A DNA stretch of 64,000 nt, taken from Paludibacter sp. GTDB taxonomy: Bacteria > Bacteroidota > Bacteroidia > Bacteroidales > Paludibacteraceae. The position numbers and the translations under genes are program-made. The DNA lies in contig JAAFGX010000004.1 in assembly GCA_010365115.1 (NCBI GenBank), positions 14,027 through 78,026 of the forward strand. Direction: 5' to 3'. Each line of letters starts with the position of its first letter. Position 1 is the stretch's first letter. The notes below the pieces were generated by a model, which was not told the origin of the DNA, did no database searches, and saw only the letters and a program-made list of their open reading frames with translations. Positions 31,360 to 41,470 of the stretch are shown in pieces.

Positions 31360-32625
31360 ATGAAGAAATACATTTTAATAGGTTTACTGGTTTTTGCCAG
31401 TCAACTGAATTTAAATTCCCAAAATCTCACAGTTGAGATGTGTCAGGAAAAAGCCAAAGTCAATTACCCATTGGTAAAGCAATACGGACTAATTGAACAA
31501 ACAGCACAGTACAACATCAGCAATGCAAATAAAGGTTATTTACCCCAGTTGACGCTTTCGGCAAGGGGAACTTATCAATCGCAGGTAACAAAATTGCCGA
31601 TTACACTTCCAAATTTAATTATCCCTGAGTTAAGTAAAGATCAATATCAAGCAGTACTAGAAGCTAGTCAGGTGATATGGGATGGTGGTGTAATTTCTGC
31701 ACAAAAGAAAATTACGAATGCCAATACAGAGGTTGAAAAACAAAAACTGGAAGTGGATTTGTTTGCGTTGAACGAACGTGTGAATCAATTATTTTTTGGA
31801 ATTTTATTGATAAACGAACAAATAATTCAAACTGTAATTCTTGAAAATGAATTGCTCACTAACTACAATCGGGTAAATGCATACAAACAAAATGGAGTTG
31901 CTAACCAGTCCGATTTGGATGCCATAAAAGTGGAGCAAATTAACGTTATGCAACGAAAATCGGAACTTAAAAGCACCCAAAAATCCTATTTACTGATGCT
32001 ATCGACACTAATAGGCTTAGCATTAGACGAAAAAACGGAATTGGTAAAACCCGAATTGGATCTTTCTGTATTAAAAGAAACAGACAACAAACGGCCGGAA
32101 CTTGGATTATTTGTAGCTCAAAATCAACTTCTTGAAAGTCAAAAATCACTTTTAAACGCTGGAAATCTGCCTAAAATAGGAGCATTTTTGCAAGGTGGTT
32201 ATGGAAAACCCGGATTAAACATGCTCACAAATTCGTTTTCGGAATTCTACATAGGTGGTATTCGTTTATTGTGGAATATAAGTGGTTTTTACACGCAAAA
32301 AAATAATATAAATAAGATTGAAACCAGCAAAAAGTCGGTAGTAATTCAAAAAGAAACTTTTCTTTTTAACAGTGATTTGAAAACCAAACAGCAACAAACG
32401 GAAATTGAAAAACTAGAATCAATATTGTCGAACGATGACGAAATTATTCGATTGCGCGAAAACATCAAAAAATCGGCAAACGCAAAAGTTGAAAACGGAA
32501 CATTGACAGTGAGCGATTTAATTCGGGAAATCAATGCAGAAAATCAAGCCAGACAATTGAAATCATTGCATGAAATTCAATTGATAATGAATATTTATCA
32601 ACTTAAAAACAACATAAATAAATAA
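31360..32625 (+). CDS. TolC family outer membrane efflux protein
   Basis: Signal peptide, NYPLVKQ, YLPQLTL, QVIWDGG, coiled coils; heads an efflux operon. Confidence 0.9.
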   Translation: MKKYILIGLLVFASQLNLNSQNLTVEMCQEKAKVNYPLVKQYGLIEQTAQYNISNANKGYLPQLTLSARGTYQSQVTKLPITLPNLIIPELSKDQYQAVLEASQVIWDGGVISAQKKITNANTEVEKQKLEVDLFALNERVNQLFFGILLINEQIIQTVILENELLTNYNRVNAYKQNGVANQSDLDAIKVEQINVMQRKSELKSTQKSYLLMLSTLIGLALDEKTELVKPELDLSVLKETDNKRPELGLFVAQNQLLESQKSLLNAGNLPKIGAFLQGGYGKPGLNMLTNSFSEFYIGGIRLLWNISGFYTQKNNINKIETSKKSVVIQKETFLFNSDLKTKQQQTEIEKLESILSNDDEIIRLRENIKKSANAKVENGTLTVSDLIREINAENQARQLKSLHEIQLIMNIYQLKNNINK

Positions 32626-32629
32626 ATAA

Positions 32630-32663
32630 CCTCACCCCTGACCCCTCTCCTTGAGGAGAGGGG
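32630..32663 (+). repeat. GC-rich palindromic repeat CCTCACCCC...CCCCTCTCC-N3-GGAGAGGGG
   Basis: CCTCACCCCTGACCCCTCTCCTTGAGGAGAGGGG; related copies at 33647-33680 and, inverted, 63884-63917. Confidence 0.8.
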
Positions 32664-32692
32664 AAAAGAATAAGGACTTTAATACAAAATTT

Positions 32693-33628
32693 ATGAAAAC
32701 AAAAAATGAAATTCTGAGTAAAATGAATTATTTAGGAATAAAGGTTGGATTATTTGCGCTTGCACTTTCATCTATATTTGTATCGTGTGGGAAATCAGAC
32801 GAAGATGCAGATGCATCAGGAACTTTTGAAGCAGTGGAAGTAATTGTTTCGGCAGAAGCTGCCGGTAAAATATTGTCATTTACGGCCGTAGAAGGTCAGA
32901 CTTTGAAAGCAGGTGAAGTAGTTGGAAGTATTGATAGTACACAATTATTTTTACGTAAAGAACAATTGTTAGCTAGCAAAAAAGCCATGCAAAGTCGCCG
33001 TCCTGATGTTCAGAAACAAATTGCTGCATTGGTACAACAAATTGCAACTGCAAAAACAGAACGTAATAGGGTTGAAAATCTGGTAAAAGCAAATGCCGCC
33101 AACCAGAAACAACTTGATGATGCAAATGCTCAGATTGCATTTCTTGTAAAACAACTTGATGCTCAAAAAACTACGTTGCAAAACACTAATAATGGAATTA
33201 CCGACGAAAGTAAAGGGCTGGATCTTCAGATTGCTCAGATAGAAGATCAATTGAGTAAATGCAAAATAACCAGTCCGATTGACGGAACAGTTTTATTGAA
33301 GTATTCTGAAATGGGCGAAGTGGCTGCACAGGGAAAAGCGCTGTTCAAAATTGCCGATACCAAAACTATGATTTTGCGGGCGTATGTTACCAACGACCAG
33401 TTGACATTAATAAAAATGGGACAGAAAGTAAAAGTTTCGGCTGATTCAGGAAAAGATGAAATGAAAGAATATGAAGGATTTATTTCGTGGATTTCAGGCA
33501 AAGCTGAGTTTACACCTAAAACTATTCAAACTCGCGATGAACGTGCCAACCTTGTTTATGCCGTGAAAATAAGTGTAAAAAATGATGGTTTGCTGAAAAT
33601 TGGCATGTATGGGAATGTGAAGTTTTAA
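32693..33628 (+). CDS. HlyD family periplasmic adaptor (lipoprotein)
   Basis: Lipobox FVSC, ASGTFEA, ITSPIDG, AEFTPKTIQT..ER.NLVY. The TTG start at 32651 lies inside a repeat, so ATG 32693 is preferred. Confidence 0.9.
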   Translation: MKTKNEILSKMNYLGIKVGLFALALSSIFVSCGKSDEDADASGTFEAVEVIVSAEAAGKILSFTAVEGQTLKAGEVVGSIDSTQLFLRKEQLLASKKAMQSRRPDVQKQIAALVQQIATAKTERNRVENLVKANAANQKQLDDANAQIAFLVKQLDAQKTTLQNTNNGITDESKGLDLQIAQIEDQLSKCKITSPIDGTVLLKYSEMGEVAAQGKALFKIADTKTMILRAYVTNDQLTLIKMGQKVKVSADSGKDEMKEYEGFISWISGKAEFTPKTIQTRDERANLVYAVKISVKNDGLLKIGMYGNVKF

Positions 33629-33631
33629 GTG

Positions 33632-33697
33632 ACCCTTAAATCCACACCTCACCCCTAACCCCTCTCCCAAAGGAGAGGGGAAAAAGACGGGGACTTT
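33632..33697 (+). repeat. Nested GC-rich palindromic repeat
   Basis: CCCTTAAATCC[ACACCTCACCCCTAACCCCTCTCCCAAAGGAGAGGGGAAAAAGA]CGGGGACTTT. Confidence 0.75.
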
Positions 33698-33737
33698 CAG
33701 AATCATTGCTCTTTAATTAGATTTAACGCTAAAATAA

Positions 33738-34670
33738 ATGGATAAAGAAAATCAAAATATAAATTCTGCAATTCGTTGTAAATCCATCAGCAAGAATTAT
33801 GGGAAGATTGAAGCGTTGAAAGGTATCGATCTGGATGTAAAACCCGGTGAAATTTTCGGAATTATCGGTCCTGATGGTGCTGGGAAAACGACGCTTTTCA
33901 GAATCCTGACAACGTTGATATTAGCGGATAATGGAACAGCTTCGGTAGATGGTTTTGATGTTGTGAAAGATTATAAGGAAATCCGAAAACGAGTGGGATA
34001 TATGCCGGGAAGGTTTTCGCTTTATCAGGATTTGACGGTGGAAGAAAATCTGAACTTTTTTGCAACGGTTTTCAATACAACTATTGAAGAAAATTACGAA
34101 TTAATAAAAGATATTTACCAACAAATTGAACCTTTCAAAAAACGTCGGGCGGGAAAACTTTCTGGTGGAATGAAACAAAAACTGGCCTTGAGTTGTGCGC
34201 TGATTCATAAACCGAGTGTTTTGTTTTTAGATGAACCCACCACCGGAGTTGATCCCGTTTCCAGAAAAGAATTTTGGGGAATGTTGAAAAAATTGAAAGC
34301 TCAAGGCATTACTATTTTGGTTTCCACGCCGTACATGGACGAAGCAGCTTTGTGTGACAGAATTGCTTTAATTCAGAACGGACAATTTTTAAAGATTGAC
34401 ACACCTGAAAGTATTGTAAAACAATACAAAAATAAATTGTGGGCAGTTCAAAGCAATAATATGTCTATTCTTTTAAAGGATTTACGCTCAAACGAACTGA
34501 GCAAAAACTGTTTTGCATTTGGTGACAAACATCATGTTTCAGTTGATAATGCACAGTTGACAATTGATAATTTAAAAGAATATTTGGAAAAGAAAAAACA
34601 CAGTAATATTGATATTCATGAAATAGAACCTACTGTGGAAGATTGCTTTATGTTATTGTCTCAAAAATAA
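33738..34670 (+). CDS. ABC transporter ATP-binding protein (YbhF-like, first half)
   Basis: GPDGAGKT, LSGGMKQ, LDEPTTGVD. Confidence 0.93.
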   Translation: MDKENQNINSAIRCKSISKNYGKIEALKGIDLDVKPGEIFGIIGPDGAGKTTLFRILTTLILADNGTASVDGFDVVKDYKEIRKRVGYMPGRFSLYQDLTVEENLNFFATVFNTTIEENYELIKDIYQQIEPFKKRRAGKLSGGMKQKLALSCALIHKPSVLFLDEPTTGVDPVSRKEFWGMLKKLKAQGITILVSTPYMDEAALCDRIALIQNGQFLKIDTPESIVKQYKNKLWAVQSNNMSILLKDLRSNELSKNCFAFGDKHHVSVDNAQLTIDNLKEYLEKKKHSNIDIHEIEPTVEDCFMLLSQK

Positions 34671-34681
34671 GAATTTACAAA

Positions 34682-35446
34682 ATGAAGGATGTAGAAAATA
34701 TAGACACTGACAAAGTAATTATTGCAGAAAATCTGACAAAGAAATTCGGAAATTTCAAAGCTGTTGATAATATCTCCTTTGAAGTGAAAAAGGGCGAGAT
34801 ATTTGGGTTTCTGGGAGCAAACGGTGCCGGAAAAACCACAGCCATGCGAATGCTTTGTGGATTGAGTATCCCAACTGATGGAAAGGGTCTGGTCGCAGGT
34901 TATGATATCGAAACTCAAACCGAATTGGTAAAGAAAAACATCGGTTACATGAGTCAGAAATTCTCCTTGTACAATGATTTGAAAGTGTGGGAAAATATTG
35001 AGCTTTTCGGTGGTATTTATGGAATGAATGATCAGGAAATAAAAGAAAAAACCGATGAATTGATGAAGGTCTTGAACTTCGAAAATGAGCGTAATAAATA
35101 TGTAAAATCTTTACCATTAGGATTTAAGCAAAAACTAGCTTTTTCGGTTTCCATTTTCCACAATCCGAAAGTTGTATTTTTGGATGAACCAACCGGAGGT
35201 GTCGACCCGATTACTCGTCGCCAGTTTTGGGAATTAATTTACGAAGCCACTTCAAGGGGAATAACGGTTTTCGTAACAACACATTATATGGATGAAGCGG
35301 AATATTGTGATCGTTTATCCATTATGGTGGATGGAAAAATTGAAGCACTTGATTCGCCTAAAAATTTGAAAAAGCAGTTTAATGCAAAAAACATGGACGA
35401 AGTTTTTCAACAACTTGCCCGGAAAGCTACAAGGTCTGCCCCCTAA
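34682..35446 (+). CDS. ABC transporter ATP-binding protein (YbhF-like, second half)
   Basis: GANGAGKT, LPLGFKQ, LDEPTGGVD, TTHYMDEA. ATG 34682 preferred. Confidence 0.93.
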   Translation: MKDVENIDTDKVIIAENLTKKFGNFKAVDNISFEVKKGEIFGFLGANGAGKTTAMRMLCGLSIPTDGKGLVAGYDIETQTELVKKNIGYMSQKFSLYNDLKVWENIELFGGIYGMNDQEIKEKTDELMKVLNFENERNKYVKSLPLGFKQKLAFSVSIFHNPKVVFLDEPTGGVDPITRRQFWELIYEATSRGITVFVTTHYMDEAEYCDRLSIMVDGKIEALDSPKNLKKQFNAKNMDEVFQQLARKATRSAP

Positions 35447-35651
35447 CCTTCTAAAGGGGAAATAAAAATGGGACTTATTAACTGATTATCATATCGTTTT
35501 AATTATGTTCAATTTACAAAAACAGAAAAATAAACTAACTATGTATAGATTCTTTATATGATTTATACTTAATTATAATTTACACAACTAACCAAAAAAT
35601 CCATACTCTTATTCCCCCTTTAGGGGGTTAGGGGGCAGGGATTTAGGGGGC
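35439..35651. repeat. Inverted pair of CCCCTAACCCCTAAAGGGG-family repeats spanning a gene junction
   Basis: CCCCCTAACCTTCTAAAGGGGAA (35439-35461, contains the stop) and TTCCCCCTTTAGGGGGTTAGGGGG...GGGATTTAGGGGGC (35612-35651). Confidence 0.8.
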
Positions 35652-35657
35652 TTAATA

Positions 35658-36764
35658 ATGAAACAACTATTATCATTTATACGTAAGGAATTTTATCATA
35701 TTTTGCGGGACAGAACCACTATGATGATTTTGCTGTTGATGCCAATTATTCAAATAATCTTATTTGGATTTGCGCTGACAACAGAAGTGAAAAACACAGA
35801 AGTCGCTGTTCTTGCACCCACAAATGATGAGGCCAGCAGTAGAATTATTGAAAAGATAAATGCAAGTGCTTATTTCGAAGTTGTAGAACAAATTCATAGC
35901 ACTGATGAAATTCAACCAATTTTCAGAGATTCAAAAGCAAAGTTGATTATGGTTTTCGAGGAAAATTTTGGAGAGAAACTGCATCAAACCGGGAAAGCCC
36001 ATATACAACTTATTGCCGATGCCACGGACCCGAATGCTGCTACTTCATTTACTTTTTATGCCAGCAATATTATTGGTTCTTATCAACAGGAATTGATGGG
36101 AGCAGCGGCAAATCCGTATCAAATAGTTCCGGAAGTAAGAATGCTTTACAATCCGCAAATGATCGGCGCATTCAATTTTGTGCCGGGTGTTTTGGGTATG
36201 ATTATGATTTTGATTTGCGCAATGATGACTTCCATAGCCATAGTTCGTGAAAAAGAAATGGGAACGATGGAAATTTTACTGGTATCGCCAATGAAACCTA
36301 TTTACATAATCCTATCGAAAATAACTCCCTACTTCGTGCTTTCATTTATCAATTTTGCGACTATCATGTTGTTGTCGGTTTTTGTACTGAAAGTTCCTAT
36401 AGTCGGTAGTTTGATGAGTCTGATCTTTGTTTCGTTCCTTTATATTATGGTTTCACTTTCACTAGGAATGTTAGTTTCAACGCTGACCGATTCACAGCAA
36501 GCCGCCATGTTAATTTCGGGAATGGCTTTCATGATTCCAGTAATGTTACTTTCCGGAATGATATTTCCTGTTGAAAATATGCCGTTACCATTACAATTGT
36601 TTTCAAATATCATTCCAGCAAAATGGTATATTATTGCTGTAAAAGCCATTATGATAAAAGGACTCGGGTTAGCTTCAGTTTTAAAAGAAGTAGGAATATT
36701 GATTTTTATGTGCGTGATTTTGATTACTGTGAGTTTGAAAAAGTTTAAAATAAGATTGGAGTAA
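35658..36764 (+). CDS. ABC-2 type transporter permease (YbhS-like)
   Basis: KEFYHILRD, YNPQM..FVPG, IVREKEMGTME. Confidence 0.92.
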   Translation: MKQLLSFIRKEFYHILRDRTTMMILLLMPIIQIILFGFALTTEVKNTEVAVLAPTNDEASSRIIEKINASAYFEVVEQIHSTDEIQPIFRDSKAKLIMVFEENFGEKLHQTGKAHIQLIADATDPNAATSFTFYASNIIGSYQQELMGAAANPYQIVPEVRMLYNPQMIGAFNFVPGVLGMIMILICAMMTSIAIVREKEMGTMEILLVSPMKPIYIILSKITPYFVLSFINFATIMLLSVFVLKVPIVGSLMSLIFVSFLYIMVSLSLGMLVSTLTDSQQAAMLISGMAFMIPVMLLSGMIFPVENMPLPLQLFSNIIPAKWYIIAVKAIMIKGLGLASVLKEVGILIFMCVILITVSLKKFKIRLE

Positions 36765-36857
36765 CCTATAAAAGGAATTGGATTACTTTCGTCTCAAAAA
36801 AAAAATTGATTTAAATAAATATACTAACTAAAATCCCCCTTTAGGGGTTAGGGGTCT

Positions 36858-37973
36858 ATGATAAAATACCTATTAAAAAAAGAATTCAAACAAATTCTGC
36901 GGAATCCGTTTCTTCCGAAATTGATTTTTATATTTCCATTTATGGTGTTGATGGTTTTTCCATGGGCAGCCAGTTACGAAATTAAAAATCTGAATTTGAG
37001 CGTAGTAGATAATGATCATAGCACATTTTCACAGCAACTCACGCAAAAGATAATTTCATCCAGTTATTTTAAACTGACTGATGTTTCACCCAACTATAAT
37101 AAAGCACTGAATAGTATTGAGAAAAATCAATCGGATCTTATTTTGGAAATTCCGGCTAATTTTGAAAAAGATTTCATAAACCGTCAAAATCCTAAACTAA
37201 TGATTTCGGCAAATGCCGTGAACGGGATGAAAGGTGGAATCGGGATGACTTACTTGGTCAGCATTGTAAATGATTTCAATACAGCTATTATTAAGGAATT
37301 AATGCCATCTTCAACTGCAAACAGTTCGTTGCCGTCCATTCAAATTGACAGTCAGTATCGGTTTAATCCACAGTTGAATTATCGTGTGTTTATGGTTCCG
37401 GCTTTATTGGTAATGATATTGACTTTGCTTTGTGGATTTCTGCCTGCAATATCCATAGTTTTTGAAAAAGAACTGGGAACAATGGAGCAAATAAACGTTA
37501 GTCCAGTCCCCAAAACTACTTTTATTCTGGCAAAATTAATTCCGTTCTGGATTATTGGATTTTTTGTGGTTACTCTCGGATCTTTAATTGCATGGGTAGT
37601 CTATGGTTTGGTTCCTGCAGGATATTTTTCAACTATTTATTTGTTTTCTGCCATTTATATCTTAACTGTTTCCGGATTGGGAATCGTCATATCCAACTAT
37701 GCTTCTACACTACAGCAAGCCATGTTCATTGTATTTTTCTTTATGTTGCTGTTCATTATGTTAAGTGGGCTTTACACACCAATTGACAGTATGCCGGAAT
37801 GGGCAAAATGGATAGCAGCATTTAATCCATTGAAACATTTTATGTTCGTGATGAGATCGGTTTATTTAAAAGGAAGCAATCCGCTGCAACTTATGAATGA
37901 ATTAATTGCATTAATTTGTTTTGCAACTTTCTTTAATATATGGGCGGTACTGAGTTATAAAAAGAGTCAGTAA
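36858..37973 (+). CDS. ABC-2 type transporter permease (YbhR-like)
   Basis: KEFKQILR, FNPQLNY..FMVP, EKELGTMEQ, TPIDSMPEW. Confidence 0.92.
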   Translation: MIKYLLKKEFKQILRNPFLPKLIFIFPFMVLMVFPWAASYEIKNLNLSVVDNDHSTFSQQLTQKIISSSYFKLTDVSPNYNKALNSIEKNQSDLILEIPANFEKDFINRQNPKLMISANAVNGMKGGIGMTYLVSIVNDFNTAIIKELMPSSTANSSLPSIQIDSQYRFNPQLNYRVFMVPALLVMILTLLCGFLPAISIVFEKELGTMEQINVSPVPKTTFILAKLIPFWIIGFFVVTLGSLIAWVVYGLVPAGYFSTIYLFSAIYILTVSGLGIVISNYASTLQQAMFIVFFFMLLFIMLSGLYTPIDSMPEWAKWIAAFNPLKHFMFVMRSVYLKGSNPLQLMNELIALICFATFFNIWAVLSYKKSQ

Positions 37974-38014
37974 AAAAGAAATGGTTGTTCAAATTGAACA
38001 ACCATTTCTTTTTT
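37972..38014. terminator. Bidirectional intrinsic terminator
   Basis: Perfect inverted repeat AAAAAAGAAATGGTTGTTCAA-A-TTGAACAACCATTTCTTTTTT between convergent operons. Confidence 0.88.
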
Positions 38015-38015
38015 A

Positions 38016-40469
38016 CTATTTCACTATCATTAGCGGATAACTAAATATAGTGTCTTTGAGTTTAATTTTTAAAATATAAGTACCGGAAATAATATCATTC
38101 ACATTCATTTCAGCTGCTTGTATCTCCCTCAACATTATTCCGTTAATTGAATAAAGTTGTAAAAGCGGTTTTTCATTATTCTGAACTGAAACGTGCAAAA
38201 TGTCCTTGCAAGGATTTGGATATATTCGTATCCCATTATTTGACTTATTCAAATTCAAACTTGAAATGCTTGTGGCGTATTGGAGTAAATTATCCACATA
38301 AATTTCAGTTGATGCAGAAAGTAGCTGTTTTTTACGAACGATACGAATGCCTGTTAATTTGTAGCTTTCCAGTTCCGAGAATTGTGCCTCGACAAATTCC
38401 CAACCGAAAAAGTTCAAATCGCAAATTTTCAGATACCTAACTTCATTTTCAGATGCTTCGGAGCGGAACTGCAATTGTAACTCATTGCCAGACATATCCC
38501 CGTACACATGTAATCCAAACACCTTGGAAGTTGCTGTTGTTACCGAAGGCTCATTGATTTTGAATATCGACCAGGCATTTTCATCGAGAAATACAGCATT
38601 GATTTTATACCCAGAAGTTCCGAAAAGTTTTTGTGTAGTACTTTTCGTTATTGATGCTGATATAATATTTTGACTTTGTGCTACTTCATACGTGTATTTT
38701 CCATCTACTTCAAAATCTTCAATAATAGTTTTGTCAGTTACTGCAACATTCGATGCTGTGAAGTTGATCTCTACAGGGTCCACTAATTTTATTCCTGTAG
38801 CATCCATGGCATCACCACCTATGATAACTTTATATTTCTTACCTGCCGTAAGTTTTTCGGTCAATTCAAAGGAGATGTCCCCGTACGAACCACCTATTTT
38901 ATTAATTTTTACAGAACGGGTTGCTTTGCTTATTGCCGTGTTGTTGACATCATAAATATTGATTTCATCTCGTATATTTGCCGTGGTAAGTTTTTTATCA
39001 AAAATAAACCAGAAAAGTGGTTTCTCAGCATAAACACCTTTATTACCATTGTTTGGATACCCATCGAGGAACATCAAGCGGTTTCTGCTTTGTGTTGTGA
39101 AATGGAAGATGAAATCTTCTGTCAAACTCATATTGTCAGGATGTTTTGCTGATTTATCCAATTTCACAGTATAAACAGTCGACTTTTCTAAGGGTATATT
39201 AGGCGTAAATCGTAAGCGGTACTGGCTATCTTCAAATGTCAATTTACCTTCTACGGCTGGAGAAATTGAAAATGCAGCACGTGTTGAAGTTTCGTCCATG
39301 TCCCAATTGAATTCCAGCACTATGTCGATAGAAGTTAACACACTGTCATTAATTGCTACGTTGGGTGAATACTTTATAACTTGAGGTGGCGTGTTACGCA
39401 TTTTGTTCAGCTCGAAATTCAAATAGTTATGTTCGTTTTTCAGCACTTTGACAAATTTGGTTTGTGCATAATAACCTTCTGCTTCCACTTTCACATTATA
39501 ATCTCCGGGTTGTAAATCCTTGAAAACATAGACACCGTTTCGTTTATTATCTACTGTGTAGGTTTGACCAGTTTCTAATACGGTTAATGTTGCTCCATTA
39601 ATAGGTAACAACAAATCTTTGCCATATTTTCTATAAGTACCATCCATAATGAGATTCCGGCTGTCTTTTACAGAACCTGCGATATTGCCTGTAGGTATTT
39701 CCGCTTGTTTAAAATATGTGCAAAAGGCTTTTTTGAAATTCCAAGCTTCTAACCATTTGTACTCCATATTCATTAGTCGATAGGTTTCAGGAATATAATC
39801 GTGCATGGAGCCTTCGGAAATCACTCCTGCGACATTTAGCCCACGAAGAATGCCGTAACCGTCAGACCAGCCCATGAACAAGCGGGCAAAGGTTTTATCG
39901 CCAGATACATTATAAACGGGAGAAGTCCAGTAAGTTATTTGATTTTTTAATAAATTTTTGGCAATTTCGGTACTGATTGCCCTACTTTTATCGGATAATG
40001 CCTTCTGAGTAGGGTTATTTGGATTATAGGTGTTATAAATATTGGTGTCAGTCGGGTCGGCTCCATAATGTATCTCTAATACGTGATTGGCGGTACCACT
40101 ACCTGCATTGCTATGAATCGCCATCATAAAATCCGCTTGAAACTCATTGGCCATTTGTACTATTTGTGAAAGGGGCAAATCATCTTGCGTACGGTTTAGT
40201 ATGCGCGACATTTGTACAGTTGCTCCCAATGCTTCGAGCATAGTTCTGAGTTGCAAACCCTTGTCTAAGTTACTTTGCGATTCCCAAAAGCCAACTTCAG
40301 GTCCAACACTGGGCATTAGTGGCGTTGGTATACCCCTATCATCACTATCCCAACCACCATGACCCGGATTGATGTGAATTTTTACACCAGTCAAGTCCTG
40401 TGCCGTCACAAACGATACCAGCAGGGCGAAAACGGTTAGAAAAACAATTTTTATTTTCAGAGCTTTCAT
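38016..40469 (-). CDS. N-acetylmuramoyl-L-alanine amidase (Amidase_3) with Ig-like domains and T9SS C-terminal domain
   Basis: Zn motifs INPGHGG, ESQSNL, AIHSNA, ISEGSMH; CarboxypepD-like and Big_5-like segments; IYPNPC...GTYILKI tail. Confidence 0.85.
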   Translation of the reverse strand: MKALKIKIVFLTVFALLVSFVTAQDLTGVKIHINPGHGGWDSDDRGIPTPLMPSVGPEVGFWESQSNLDKGLQLRTMLEALGATVQMSRILNRTQDDLPLSQIVQMANEFQADFMMAIHSNAGSGTANHVLEIHYGADPTDTNIYNTYNPNNPTQKALSDKSRAISTEIAKNLLKNQITYWTSPVYNVSGDKTFARLFMGWSDGYGILRGLNVAGVISEGSMHDYIPETYRLMNMEYKWLEAWNFKKAFCTYFKQAEIPTGNIAGSVKDSRNLIMDGTYRKYGKDLLLPINGATLTVLETGQTYTVDNKRNGVYVFKDLQPGDYNVKVEAEGYYAQTKFVKVLKNEHNYLNFELNKMRNTPPQVIKYSPNVAINDSVLTSIDIVLEFNWDMDETSTRAAFSISPAVEGKLTFEDSQYRLRFTPNIPLEKSTVYTVKLDKSAKHPDNMSLTEDFIFHFTTQSRNRLMFLDGYPNNGNKGVYAEKPLFWFIFDKKLTTANIRDEINIYDVNNTAISKATRSVKINKIGGSYGDISFELTEKLTAGKKYKVIIGGDAMDATGIKLVDPVEINFTASNVAVTDKTIIEDFEVDGKYTYEVAQSQNIISASITKSTTQKLFGTSGYKINAVFLDENAWSIFKINEPSVTTATSKVFGLHVYGDMSGNELQLQFRSEASENEVRYLKICDLNFFGWEFVEAQFSELESYKLTGIRIVRKKQLLSASTEIYVDNLLQYATSISSLNLNKSNNGIRIYPNPCKDILHVSVQNNEKPLLQLYSINGIMLREIQAAEMNVNDIISGTYILKIKLKDTIFSYPLMIVK

Positions 40470-40551
40470 TGTATGTATATAATTGAATGACTATCATTGG
40501 TAGGATTAATGTAAACGCTAAATCATTATCTTTTGCCCAACTCCAATCTAA

Positions 40552-41451
40552 TTATTTATTAATTTTTAGTTCTACCACATATATATCACCATCAATAGTA
40601 TTATAAGCTATTTTGCCTATTACTGCTGTAGGATACATAGCTATCTGGTTGGAATTACTCAATATTTTTGCTGTTTTTCCATCCAGACTTTTCATGAGAA
40701 TTGTTGACCCTGTTACGAATTGTCCATCATCTTTATCCTGCATTCCGACGACGAAATTGTTGTCGTACCATACTGGTGAATTTAAATAACCTAATTTTGA
40801 TACAATTTTTCCTTTCAAATCGCATACAAATGTGCCTAGTCCGGTTGCGGTGAAAAGAATCATTTTTCCATCAGGTGACAATGATGCCCAAATGTATCCG
40901 TTAGCACCTTCTACTGGATTTAATCGTTCAATTTTATTATTGCGAAAGATATTTAGATTACTGCCATCACTCCAAATATAATTTGGGATAGGGGCTTTTG
41001 TCTTACCAAAAGTAGATTTCAGAAGTTTTGTATCGGCCATAACCAGAAAGCCATTCTCGTAGCTTTTGGGCTGCTTCATATTACGTTGTGGAGCCAACAT
41101 TTCAACTCGTGTTTTATTTGATAAATTAAAACTTTGAACTCCATCTTTACGTAATCTTGCTTCATAAACAGTGTTTCTATAAAACACTCTATCGTTGTTG
41201 GTGCTGAAAACCGGTTGGAAACCTGCACCTGCCTCTTCTGATACTTTTTCAATCAACTTGTTAGAAAAATTATACACATTCAATCCCAAATAGGATTCGG
41301 AGGTGAAGGCCAACAAATTTCCGTTAGCATTGAACTGTGGATGAAAACCCTTCTGCTCCATGGCACGATAGGTTTTTTCCACGTTTATAATTTGTGCTAT
41401 AAGAGTACTAATACTCAATAGCATAATACTAATAAATAATAATTTTTTCAT
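40552..41451 (-). CDS. Secreted TolB-like beta-propeller protein
   Basis: Signal peptide; PD40-like repeats HPQFNANG, PVFS, SLSPDGKMILF. Confidence 0.6.
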   Translation of the reverse strand: MKKLLFISIMLLSISTLIAQIINVEKTYRAMEQKGFHPQFNANGNLLAFTSESYLGLNVYNFSNKLIEKVSEEAGAGFQPVFSTNNDRVFYRNTVYEARLRKDGVQSFNLSNKTRVEMLAPQRNMKQPKSYENGFLVMADTKLLKSTFGKTKAPIPNYIWSDGSNLNIFRNNKIERLNPVEGANGYIWASLSPDGKMILFTATGLGTFVCDLKGKIVSKLGYLNSPVWYDNNFVVGMQDKDDGQFVTGSTILMKSLDGKTAKILSNSNQIAMYPTAVIGKIAYNTIDGDIYVVELKINK

Positions 41452-41470
41452 GCTTATGTTTTTTATGATT

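Noticed and set aside
33494-33706. 70-aa minus-strand ORF (PSPLGEGLGVR)
   Set aside because: Repeat-derived and antisense to hlyD.
36796-36805. Poly-A run as a phase-variation switch
   Set aside because: Intergenic, not within a recognisable promoter spacer, and expected in an AT-rich genome.
35612-36854. TTAGGG-like runs as telomeric or eukaryotic contamination
   Set aside because: They are arms of the dispersed palindromic repeat embedded in a continuous bacterial operon.
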